NCBI GenBank assembly: GCA_046593155.1 | Contig: JBKJRX010000010.1 | Coordinates: 1 to 60,759 of the forward strand | DNA: 60,759 nucleotides | Origin: Lacunisphaera sp. | Lineage (GTDB): Bacteria; Verrucomicrobiota; Verrucomicrobiia; Opitutales; Opitutaceae | Direction of reading: 5' to 3' | Part shown: positions 47,424 to 55,239 of the stretch, one piece after another | How the letters are laid out: every line of letters starts with the position of its first letter | Position numbering within the stretch: position 1 is the stretch's first letter | The notes under the pieces: model-generated | Seen by the model: the letters and a program-made list of their open reading frames with translations, nothing else | Told to the model about the DNA's origin: nothing | Databases searched by the model: none | Program-made: the position numbers and the translations under genes

Positions 47424-47993
47424 ATGAAAACCAGCTCTGTTTCACTTGCTCTATTGACCACGGCGCTGCTTGTGGTTCCCGCCCAGGCCCAGCATGAAAT
47501 GCCGGACGCTGACGCCAAGCGGGAGTCCGGCGGCCGGATGAAGGCGAACCACGAGGAACTCATCAAGCGTTACGACAAAGATGGTGACGGTCGCCTCAAC
47601 GACGACGAGAAAGCCGCGGCCCACGCCGCCATGCGCAAGGAGGGCGGCGGTGGGGGTGGCGACCGGCGCAAACAGATGCTCAAGCGTTTCGACAAGGACG
47701 GTGACGGCCGCCTCAACGACGCCGAGCGGGCGGAAGCCGAGAAGGCGCGGGAGATGATCGAAAAGAACGGCGGTGGCGGGAAATTCCGCGAACAAACCCT
47801 CCATCGTTTCGACAAGGATGGCGACGGCCAGCTGAACGAGAACGAACGGGCCGCGGTGGAAAAATTTCGCGCTGCGCAGATGAAGAAATTTGACCAGGAC
47901 GGCGATGGCCAGCTCAGCGATGCGGAAAAAGAGACCGCGCTCAAGGCCTTCATGGAAGGGGAGTCCGCTGGGAAGCAGAAGAAGGACAAGTAA
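47424..47993 (+). CDS. secreted EF-hand repeat protein
   Basis: Signal peptide; four D[KQ]DGDG[RQ]L..E loops. Confidence 0.88.
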   Translation: MKTSSVSLALLTTALLVVPAQAQHEMPDADAKRESGGRMKANHEELIKRYDKDGDGRLNDDEKAAAHAAMRKEGGGGGGDRRKQMLKRFDKDGDGRLNDAERAEAEKAREMIEKNGGGGKFREQTLHRFDKDGDGQLNENERAAVEKFRAAQMKKFDQDGDGQLSDAEKETALKAFMEGESAGKQKKDK

Positions 47994-48009
47994 TCAGCCC
48001 GGGAAGGGG

Positions 48010-48031
48010 GTGGGAGCGAGCTTGCTCGCGA
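48010..48031 (+). repeat. single GTGG-type REP
   Basis: GTGGGAGCGAGCTTGCTCGCGA. Confidence 0.75.
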
Positions 48032-48055
48032 CCCGTGGGGCGTTAGAACGGCGCC

Positions 48056-49282
48056 ATTAAAACCCCTCCATCCGTCACCCTTGCAGACATTCGCGCCGCG
48101 CGCCGGCGCATCGCGGGCGGCGTGATCGTTTCACCCTGTCCTGAATCGATCCCGCTGTCTGAAATCAGCGGCGCCCGCGTCTTCTGCAAACTCGACAACT
48201 TCCAACGCACCGGCTCGTTCAAGGAACGGGGCGCCCGCAACGCGCTGCTCCAGCTTGAACCGTCGCAGAAAAAGCGCGGGGTCATCGCCGCTTCGGCCGG
48301 GAATCACGCGCTCGGCCTGGCCTATCACGGGCGGTTGCTGCGGATCCCGGTCACGGTGGTGATGCCCGACTACGCGCCGCTCATCAAGGTCAGCACCTGC
48401 AAAAAGCTCGGCGCCCGCGTGATCGTGGCCGGTCATGATTTCGCCGAGGCCCGCGCCCACGCCGACACCCTGGTGGACCGCGAGGGCCTCGCCTACATCC
48501 ACGGTTTTGACAACCCGGCGATCATCGCCGGCCAGGGCACGATGGCGCTCGAAATCCTGGAGCAGGTGAGCGACATCGATGCCATCGTGTGCCCGATCGG
48601 CGGTGCCGGTCTCATCGCGGGTATGGCCGTCGCGGTGAAGGCACTGAAGCCGCGCATCAAGATCATCGGGGTCGAGTCGGTCGCCACGGCCAGTTTCACG
48701 GCCGCGCTCAAGGCGAGGCGGCCCGTTAGCATACCGCGCCGCGCCACGCTGGCCGACGGCCTTGCCGTGCTCAAGGTGGGTGGCAACGCCTTTGAACTCG
48801 CCCGTCCCCGCGTGGATCAGGTGGTGCGCGTCTCGGAGGATTGGATCGCGCTCGCCATCCTGCGCATGGTCGAACTCGAGAAGACGGTGGTCGAGGGCGC
48901 TGCCGCGGCGCCGCTGGCCGCGATGATGGCCGGTTTGCTGCCGGGCCTCCGCGGCAAGCGGGTCGTGCTGACGGTGTGCGGCGGCAACATTGATCCCGCC
49001 ATCCTCAGCCGCGTCATCGAGAAAGGCCTCGTGCACGACGGCCGGCTTACGCGGTTCACCGCGGTCATCAGTGACAGGCCCGGCGGCCTGGCGGAGCTCA
49101 CGCGCGTGGTGGCCGCGGGCGGCGCGAGCATCAAGGACATTGAGCACGACCGCGCCTTCAGCGGTCCGGATGTTTCCGCGGTCAACGCGGTCTGCACCGT
49201 GGAGACCCGCGACCATGCGCACATCCGCGAATTGCACCGGGCGCTCCGCAAGCACGGCTTTCCGATTCTGGTTTCGAAGTGA
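48056..49282 (+). CDS. ilvA: threonine ammonia-lyase with one ACT domain
   Basis: QRTGSFKERGA, SAGNHA, GQGT, GGN, DRPGGL; start placed at ATT 48056 (first standard start is GTG 48122). Confidence 0.9.
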   Translation: MKTPPSVTLADIRAARRRIAGGVIVSPCPESIPLSEISGARVFCKLDNFQRTGSFKERGARNALLQLEPSQKKRGVIAASAGNHALGLAYHGRLLRIPVTVVMPDYAPLIKVSTCKKLGARVIVAGHDFAEARAHADTLVDREGLAYIHGFDNPAIIAGQGTMALEILEQVSDIDAIVCPIGGAGLIAGMAVAVKALKPRIKIIGVESVATASFTAALKARRPVSIPRRATLADGLAVLKVGGNAFELARPRVDQVVRVSEDWIALAILRMVELEKTVVEGAAAAPLAAMMAGLLPGLRGKRVVLTVCGGNIDPAILSRVIEKGLVHDGRLTRFTAVISDRPGGLAELTRVVAAGGASIKDIEHDRAFSGPDVSAVNAVCTVETRDHAHIRELHRALRKHGFPILVSK

Positions 49283-49364
49283 GCAGGCCGGCGGGCGCGC
49301 TCGCCGCGGCGCGTCAACGGCTTGCCAACGCAGGACGGGCGCAGGATTGATTGAAGCGGATTGA

Positions 49365-49436
49365 GGTGGAACTGGGCCTCCGGACCGGTTTTCAGGACGT
49401 GCATTTGCCAAACCCGTCCGGAGGCCGGGTTCCACC
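49365..49436. repeat. GGTGGAACCCGG-family palindrome
   Basis: Same arms as 4339 copy, opposite orientation. Confidence 0.85.
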
Positions 49437-49498
49437 CTGGCAGAGCACGTATCCGGCACGGTCGCCAAAAGATGGCCGGTTAATCTCCGCCACCGGCG

Positions 49499-49858
49499 TC
49501 AGATCCAGTCGGGCTTCGTCACCGTCCTGTCGCCGCCGGCATTGCCGGTGTTCACGGTTGAGGCCGGCTCGAAGAGCATCACCTCGACCTCGTGGTCGGC
49601 GAACGGCCGGTGTTCCGTGCCGCGTGGCACGACGAGCATTTCGCCGGCGCGCATTTCGACGGTGCGGTCGCGGAATTCCATCCGGAACGCGCCGCGCACG
49701 ACGTAAAACAGCTCGTCCTCGTGTTCATGCTGGTGCCACACGAACGGGCCCTGGAACTTGACGAGCTTCACGTGCTGCCCGTTCAGCTCCGCAATGATCT
49801 TCGGGCTCCAGTGCGCGGAGAAAAGAGCGAGCTTTTCGGCGAGGTTGATCTTGTTTAT
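49499..49858 (-). CDS. cupin domain protein
   Basis: HWSPKIIAELN, FVWHQHEHEDELF, PRGTEHRP, NTG; apparent ATA start. Confidence 0.88.
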   Translation of the reverse strand: MNKINLAEKLALFSAHWSPKIIAELNGQHVKLVKFQGPFVWHQHEHEDELFYVVRGAFRMEFRDRTVEMRAGEMLVVPRGTEHRPFADHEVEVMLFEPASTVNTGNAGGDRTVTKPDWI

Positions 49859-50187
49859 GGCGACTCGGGTGGCGTCCGGTTTTTCAGGATGAAAGGGAGC
49901 GTCGCCGGCACGCTGAACGCCAGGCTGCCGACAATCGACATCACGATGAAACCGAGGGCCGATGGTTTTCTCACGCCCGTGCGCCGGATCAACCACGCGA
50001 ACAGGAACATCAGGAAAAACGCCTCGAATATGAAAACCAACGACAGGGGATTGCCGAGCGCGGCGCGCACCAGGCCGGGTTGGGTCATGGCGAAATAGAC
50101 AAAGACCCCTTTGGGAACAAGGAATCCGAAAACCGCGAGGGTGACCAGAGCGGCGGCTTCATATGAAGTGAGGACGGGAGCTTTCAT
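49855..50187 (-). CDS. small membrane protein (DUF2834-like)
   Basis: Three hydrophobic segments, GSLAFSVP. Confidence 0.65.
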   Translation of the reverse strand: MKAPVLTSYEAAALVTLAVFGFLVPKGVFVYFAMTQPGLVRAALGNPLSLVFIFEAFFLMFLFAWLIRRTGVRKPSALGFIVMSIVGSLAFSVPATLPFILKNRTPPESP

Positions 50188-50234
50188 AGGGAAGGGCGGT
50201 GGTCGCGATTAGGGAGGGTTTGCAAACCTTTGTT

Positions 50235-50318
50235 TGTCATTCTGAACGCAGTGAAGAATCCATCAGCCCGCCCGCTGGCGCACATCCTGATGGATCCTTC
50301 GCACGGCTCAGGATGACG
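50235..50318. repeat. TGTCATTCTGA...TCAGGATGAC palindromic repeat
   Basis: Same family as 5360-5435. Confidence 0.85.
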
Positions 50319-50397
50319 GTTTCGACGGTTTGTCAGTGAGTTCATGTCGTCAGCCACGGTCGTTCGACGGGGTGCCAGGTAGTTTGAAGGCAAAACC

Positions 50398-51204
50398 CTA
50401 CTCCGGGAGCCGCTTGATCCGCTCCGCCAGCGGGGGGTGGGTGCTGAAGATTTTTTTCGCGCCGTCCTTCCGCGCCTGCAGGTCCTGTAACACGGATCGC
50501 AATCCGCCGGAGGCGTAGCCCGTCACGACCGCCAGGTTTTGGCCGTTCTGGTCCGCCACGTATTCCGTGGGATGGTCATAGCCTTTTTCGACCAGAAACT
50601 TCACGATCTTCTCGGTGTTCAGCCCCACTTGGTTGAGGTAGGCGTCGACCTGGCGGACATCCCCGCTCCGCTTGGAGGCGTGTTTCAGCACCACGGCGCC
50701 CTTTTCTCCAGTCTCGATGATGCGGAGGGCATCCCGTCTGGTGATGTGGGATATTTCATGGCCGAGAATGGCGGCTAGTTTGTCGTCGTCGTTGGCGGTC
50801 TGATAAAGTCCGCGGGTGATTAAAACATAACCATCGGGCGCCGAAAAGGCGTTGACGGTGTCGGAATTGAGAATGCCGAACCGCCAGGAGTGATCGGGCC
50901 GCGACGAATACCGCGCCAGCGCCAAGCCGACCAGGTTGAGCCGCTGCATCATTTCCTCGTCACGGACCAACCCGCCGAACCGGCTGATGATCTCCAGGGC
51001 AACGGTCTCGCCCAGCGCCTGTTCCTCCTCGGGACCGATGCCGGAGACCAGCTTGTTGGCATCATCGAGGGTGGTCTTGGCCTCCTTGCCCTTGTTCAGC
51101 AGGTCGAGGCCCTTGGAGAGCTTGCCGAAATCAAGGGCGGGTGAAAGGACCGTGGCGGCGAGGGCCAGCAGGCCAACCGGCAGCAGGCGGGAAAAGGCCT
51201 TCAT
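50398..51204 (-). CDS. M48 family metalloprotease, exported
   Basis: NAFSAPDG, GHEISH (HExxH), EYVAD, STHP. Confidence 0.9.
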   Translation of the reverse strand: MKAFSRLLPVGLLALAATVLSPALDFGKLSKGLDLLNKGKEAKTTLDDANKLVSGIGPEEEQALGETVALEIISRFGGLVRDEEMMQRLNLVGLALARYSSRPDHSWRFGILNSDTVNAFSAPDGYVLITRGLYQTANDDDKLAAILGHEISHITRRDALRIIETGEKGAVVLKHASKRSGDVRQVDAYLNQVGLNTEKIVKFLVEKGYDHPTEYVADQNGQNLAVVTGYASGGLRSVLQDLQARKDGAKKIFSTHPPLAERIKRLPE

Positions 51205-51698
51205 TTGTATTCCCCCAGTTTATTTTCCTGCAGAAAAGCCTCAAGCTGGTCCGCCGTGACGGCGCTCTTTTGCTCCAGCAGCCAGGCCAGGTCGTCGCGG
51301 GCGTTGGTGAGATTGCGGCGTTGGGCATAGTCCACGGCATTCTCGGAAAGCCCCCGCGCGGCGGCCGTGACGGTGGTCGCGCTGGCGTTGAGCCCGAGTC
51401 CGGCCGACCCGGTGGCCTCCTTGATTTCGACCGTGGAAACATTGCCGGAAAAAACCCAGCCGGTGCTGGTGCCTTCGCTGACTTTCAGCCAGGCGCCGCG
51501 GGCCTCCTGCACCGTGAGTCGTTTGGCATAGCCAACCTTTGCGCTAACCGGGGCGAGGGGAGTGGGCTCGGCGAGGAGGTTGGTCTCCATCCGTTTGGTG
51601 AAGGCGATGCCGCCGGCCGCCAAGGCAGCCTGCAGGGTCACCGCCGCGGCCAGGCTCACAAGGAGCGGCCAAGCACGGGAAGAAACGCGGAGGTTCAT
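51201..51698 (-). CDS. secreted SH3-like domain protein
   Basis: Signal peptide, GAWLKV...GWV, AAARGL; ATGA overlaps on both sides. Confidence 0.75.
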   Translation of the reverse strand: MNLRVSSRAWPLLVSLAAAVTLQAALAAGGIAFTKRMETNLLAEPTPLAPVSAKVGYAKRLTVQEARGAWLKVSEGTSTGWVFSGNVSTVEIKEATGSAGLGLNASATTVTAAARGLSENAVDYAQRRNLTNARDDLAWLLEQKSAVTADQLEAFLQENKLGEYK

Positions 51699-53734
51699 TT
51701 GGATTTCAAGGTTAAGATCGGTTGCCAGCCGGCCGGCGGCGGCTTTTGGGCGAAGGCGGCAGACTGAACGAGAAGTTCCTGCGTGACATCATCGTCGGGG
51801 CGGGCCGCGAGCGCACGGCCAAAATCAGCCGCCGCCTCGGCAAACCGCCGCGCGGCATAGTGAGCGTAACCCGGCAGGTAGGCGGCCAGAAAAGCACGTT
51901 GGGCCGGCGCGAGCGAATCCGGCACGCCCAGCAACTCATGCACCTCCACGGCCTCCTGCTTGCCCTTCACCTGGAGGTGGGTGAGGGGACGCGTCGCCAT
52001 CCGGCCGGCTACCGCGCGCGCCGTGGTTTCGCCGATCAGGATATGGGTGCCGAATTCCTTGTTAGCCCCCTCGAGCCGCGACGCGAGGTTCACCGCGTCG
52101 CCCATCACGGTGTAATTCTTCTTTCGCGCGGAGCCCAGGTTGCCGACGATCATCTCGCCGGTGTTGAGGCCGATGCGCACTTCGAGTTTGACGCCGATCG
52201 CGGCATAGCGGGTGTTGATGACCTCCAGCGCCCGGCGGGCTTCCAGCGCCGCGTGGCACGCCGCCAGGGCATGGTCGGGCAGGGCCGCGGGCACGCCGAA
52301 GACAGCCATCACGGCGTCGCCGATGTATTTGTCCACGTAGGCGCCGTGGCGATGCAGGCACTCGCTGGTTTCCTCGAGGTAGGCATTGACCACCTCCACC
52401 ATCTGTTCGGGCCGGTCCCGGAGTTTTTCGGACAGTTCGGTGAAGCCGACCAGGTCGGAGAAAAAAACCGTGGCCTCGCGGCGTTCGCCACCCAGCCGGA
52501 TGGCGGACGGGTTGCGCACCAGCGTCTCGACGACGGCCGGGTCCACATAGGCGCCGAACATGGACTGGATCTCGCGCTTCCGCGCCTGTTCGCGCCAGAA
52601 GCTTTCCGCGACGACCCCGAGCAACGTCAGCACGCACGCGGCCACTGGGGTGGCGGACGGCACAAACCAGCCGGCGGAAAGCAACGCATAGGCACCGCCC
52701 AGCAGCGCCACGACCAAGCCGCCGGTCATGACGACCGGACTTTGCAGCGCAACCTGCCTTCGCCCGGCCCAGACAATGGCGCCAGTGACCAACAATGCCG
52801 CCAGCAACATCGCGTGACGCGGCACCGCGGTAATAAACCCGTTCGCGGAAAGATTGGCCCAAGCGGTCCAGTGAATGAGCACGCCCGGTTCGGTTTTGCC
52901 GACCGGCAGGGGCTTCACGTCGAAAGTGCCGCTGGCATTCGTGCCCACAAAAACGGTCCGGCCCTTCACGGCCTCCGCCAGCGGGCCGGTGAGGGGCGGC
53001 TCGGCGGCCAGCGCCTGGACCACCGCGTCGAAGCCCAGGTCGGGCGCCGCCGCCACAATCCGTTCCAACATCGGCCGGCCGGCCGCGAGGTAGCGCGCGG
53101 CCGAAAGCACCGGCACACCGCGGTCATCGATCTGCGCCAGGTTGCCATGCCAGCGGAGCAGCCCGCGACGGGCCGGGATTGGTGCGTCCAGCGGGGCGGC
53201 CGCCAGCGAGCCGGCCGGTTCATAGGCCCGGGCCACGCCATCATCATCGGCCTGAAATTCCACCAGACCGGTGCGCGGTCGCGCAAAAAACCCGGCATGC
53301 TGCCGGATAAAATCATCGGGCCAAAAAGACGGGCCTTGGTCCATGGTGCGGGCGAGGACGACCGACGGCATGGCTGCCGCCAGTTCGCCCAGCAGCAGGT
53401 CCTGCTCCGCGGCGTTCGACTCCTCGGGAAAGGTGACATCCACCAATACGTGTGCGGCGCCCGCCTGATGCAGTGCCACGATGAGCTGGGCGAATACGAG
53501 GCGAGGAAAAGGCCAGCGCACGCCCAGTTCGCTCATTGAGGCCATCGTCTGCTCGTCCACCATCACCAGCGCGGAAGTGTCCGGCAATGATGGTCTTTTC
53601 AACGGATGCCGGCTCGCGGCGTCGAAGAACGCCCGGTCCAGCGCGAGTCCAAACGGCGAGAAGTGAAACGCCAGCAGCAGCAGGGCCGCGGGCAAAAGCC
53701 AGCTCCAGCGCGAGACGGAAAGGGTGCGGGCCAC
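51695..53734 (-). CDS. CHASE2-domain class III adenylate/guanylate cyclase
   Basis: RWPFPR CHASE2, 3 TM, FSDLVGFT, DKYIGD, YTVMGDAVNLASRLE; start uncertain. Confidence 0.92.
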   Translation of the reverse strand: MARTLSVSRWSWLLPAALLLLAFHFSPFGLALDRAFFDAASRHPLKRPSLPDTSALVMVDEQTMASMSELGVRWPFPRLVFAQLIVALHQAGAAHVLVDVTFPEESNAAEQDLLLGELAAAMPSVVLARTMDQGPSFWPDDFIRQHAGFFARPRTGLVEFQADDDGVARAYEPAGSLAAAPLDAPIPARRGLLRWHGNLAQIDDRGVPVLSAARYLAAGRPMLERIVAAAPDLGFDAVVQALAAEPPLTGPLAEAVKGRTVFVGTNASGTFDVKPLPVGKTEPGVLIHWTAWANLSANGFITAVPRHAMLLAALLVTGAIVWAGRRQVALQSPVVMTGGLVVALLGGAYALLSAGWFVPSATPVAACVLTLLGVVAESFWREQARKREIQSMFGAYVDPAVVETLVRNPSAIRLGGERREATVFFSDLVGFTELSEKLRDRPEQMVEVVNAYLEETSECLHRHGAYVDKYIGDAVMAVFGVPAALPDHALAACHAALEARRALEVINTRYAAIGVKLEVRIGLNTGEMIVGNLGSARKKNYTVMGDAVNLASRLEGANKEFGTHILIGETTARAVAGRMATRPLTHLQVKGKQEAVEVHELLGVPDSLAPAQRAFLAAYLPGYAHYAARRFAEAAADFGRALAARPDDDVTQELLVQSAAFAQKPPPAGWQPILTLKSK

Positions 53735-53801
53735 GGCGGACAAAACGCCGGCATGAAACCGGCGAATCCACCGCGTGGCAAGCGCCAGGGGGTTTGGATT
53801 T

Positions 53802-53898
53802 GGTGGAACCCGGCCTCCGGACGGGTTGGTTGCCATGTGCATGGAAATTGGCAGGCCACCTTACGTCCTGAAAACCCGTCCAGAGGCCGGGTTCCACC
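53802..53898. repeat. GGTGGAACCCGG-family palindrome
   Basis: GGTGGAACCCGGCCTCCGGACGGGTT...AACCCGTCCAGAGGCCGGGTTCCACC. Confidence 0.88.
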
Positions 53899-53915
53899 TC
53901 CTGCTGCAAGGTCGG

Positions 53916-54497
53916 CTAAGATCCGACCGCCTCGCGCACCAAGGCACCGATCGCCGGTGGCAGGGACAGTCCGAGTGCAGCTTGCTGGGCGGCCGGGCTC
54001 ATCTTGCGCCAGGTCTTTTTCAGGATATCCACGAATTTTTCCCGCGGGTAGTCGGCGTGTTGCGCCGCGAAGGCCTCGATCTCGTTTTCCAGAAAAACGA
54101 GGCACGCCGCGTCCTCCAGGGCCTGGGTGCCGGCATTGGTTTTCATGGCGATCTTGGAAACCCACGTGGCCGCCTCATCGGATTCGCCCGCCGGCACGCC
54201 GGCGGCGAGCAACAGCGCCTTGGCGCGATCGGCCTGTTTCTTGTAAAGCGACTGGCGCCACTTGAGGTAGCCGGCCTTGCCATCGGGGAAAGTAGCGCGG
54301 GGCACGCTCCAGCGTTCGAGATGCTGGCAACGGGCAGCGAGCCGCAGAATGGGTGAGGCCCCCGGCACCAGGCGCGCCACCCACGCTTCCATGCGGTCAG
54401 CATAAACCAGTTCGGCGGCGCGACCGTCGGGCGCGTGCTTAGGGTCGGCGTCATGTGCGGCGTCGATCAGGGCGCGTGCTTTCGCATAGGTGGCCAT
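53916..54497 (-). CDS. DUF4202 family protein
   Basis: IDAAHDADP, ARCQHLERW, GYLKWR, LEDAACLVFL, KTWRKMS. Confidence 0.85.
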   Translation of the reverse strand: MATYAKARALIDAAHDADPKHAPDGRAAELVYADRMEAWVARLVPGASPILRLAARCQHLERWSVPRATFPDGKAGYLKWRQSLYKKQADRAKALLLAAGVPAGESDEAATWVSKIAMKTNAGTQALEDAACLVFLENEIEAFAAQHADYPREKFVDILKKTWRKMSPAAQQAALGLSLPPAIGALVREAVGS

Positions 54498-54550
54498 CAC
54501 GGACGGACTCTTGACGTGGTGCATCGGCCGGGCAAGCTCGCGGCAGACTT

Positions 54551-54955
54551 ATGAACCGGCGCGGCTTCCTACGGGCCGTGGGCGCGACCGGGCTGTTGCT
54601 CTCGTGGCAAAGCCCGGCCGTTTGGGCCGCCGGCGTGTCCAAGAAGACGGTGGAAGAGCAAATCCGGCAGGCGCTGGCGGAGCGGCGCATGGTGCAGTTC
54701 AAGTATCACGGCCATTCGCGCCGGGTGGAGCCGCACACCCTCGGCCGTGTCACGGAAGGCCGGCTTGCGTTGCTCGGCTGGCAGGTGTCGGGCGGCAGCG
54801 CCAGCGAACCGCCGCCGGGCTGGCGGACTTTTGTTCTCGGGGAAATCAGTTCACTCAAACTGATCCGCACCCCTTTCGTCCCGCGGCCGGACTACCGGCC
54901 GGAGACGACGAAGCTGAAGGCGATTGAGGCGGAGGTTGCAGCGGCAGCGCGTTAA
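54551..54955 (+). CDS. WYL-domain protein with Tat signal peptide
   Basis: MNRRGFLR + h-region + AVWA; FKY..SRRVEPH..G..L.GWQ..GWRTF...I...F.PRPDY. Confidence 0.8.
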   Translation: MNRRGFLRAVGATGLLLSWQSPAVWAAGVSKKTVEEQIRQALAERRMVQFKYHGHSRRVEPHTLGRVTEGRLALLGWQVSGGSASEPPPGWRTFVLGEISSLKLIRTPFVPRPDYRPETTKLKAIEAEVAAAAR

Positions 54956-54983
54956 AGCCGAGCACCTTGAAGTCGCTCGAAAA

Positions 54984-55059
54984 GGTGGAGCGCGCAGACC
55001 CCAGCGCGCTACAGGATGTCCGTTCGCAAACCAGCGTGTTGGGGTCAACCCGCTCCACC
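54984..55059. repeat. GGTGGAGCGC-family REP doublet (intergenic)
   Basis: GGTGGAGCGCGCAGACCCCAGCGCGCT...AGCGTGTTGGGGTCAACCCGCTCCACC. Confidence 0.85.
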
Positions 55060-55159
55060 CCAAACTGCACGCCGCCGGCTCAGGACAACACCCTTGCCGG
55101 CCGTTGTCGTCCTGCCGGGTGGTGGTTTACCTCTGACTCTCGAATAACCAAAGGGTGCG

Positions 55160-55214
55160 TGTAGGGGCGCCGTCAAGCGACGCCCCTGCATTTAACGGCA
55201 TCGTTCCGGCTACA
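55160..55214. repeat. degenerate GTAG-type REP
   Basis: TGTAGGGGCG...CGCCCCTGCA hairpin, decayed partner ending CTACA. Confidence 0.6.
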
Positions 55215-55239
55215 GTCAGCTGGCATCCCGCCCGGCGGC

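Noticed and set aside
47570-47930. Regularly spaced GACAAGGACGGCGACGG repeats suggesting a CRISPR array
   Set aside because: They encode EF-hand loops in frame; degenerate at third positions; no cas genes
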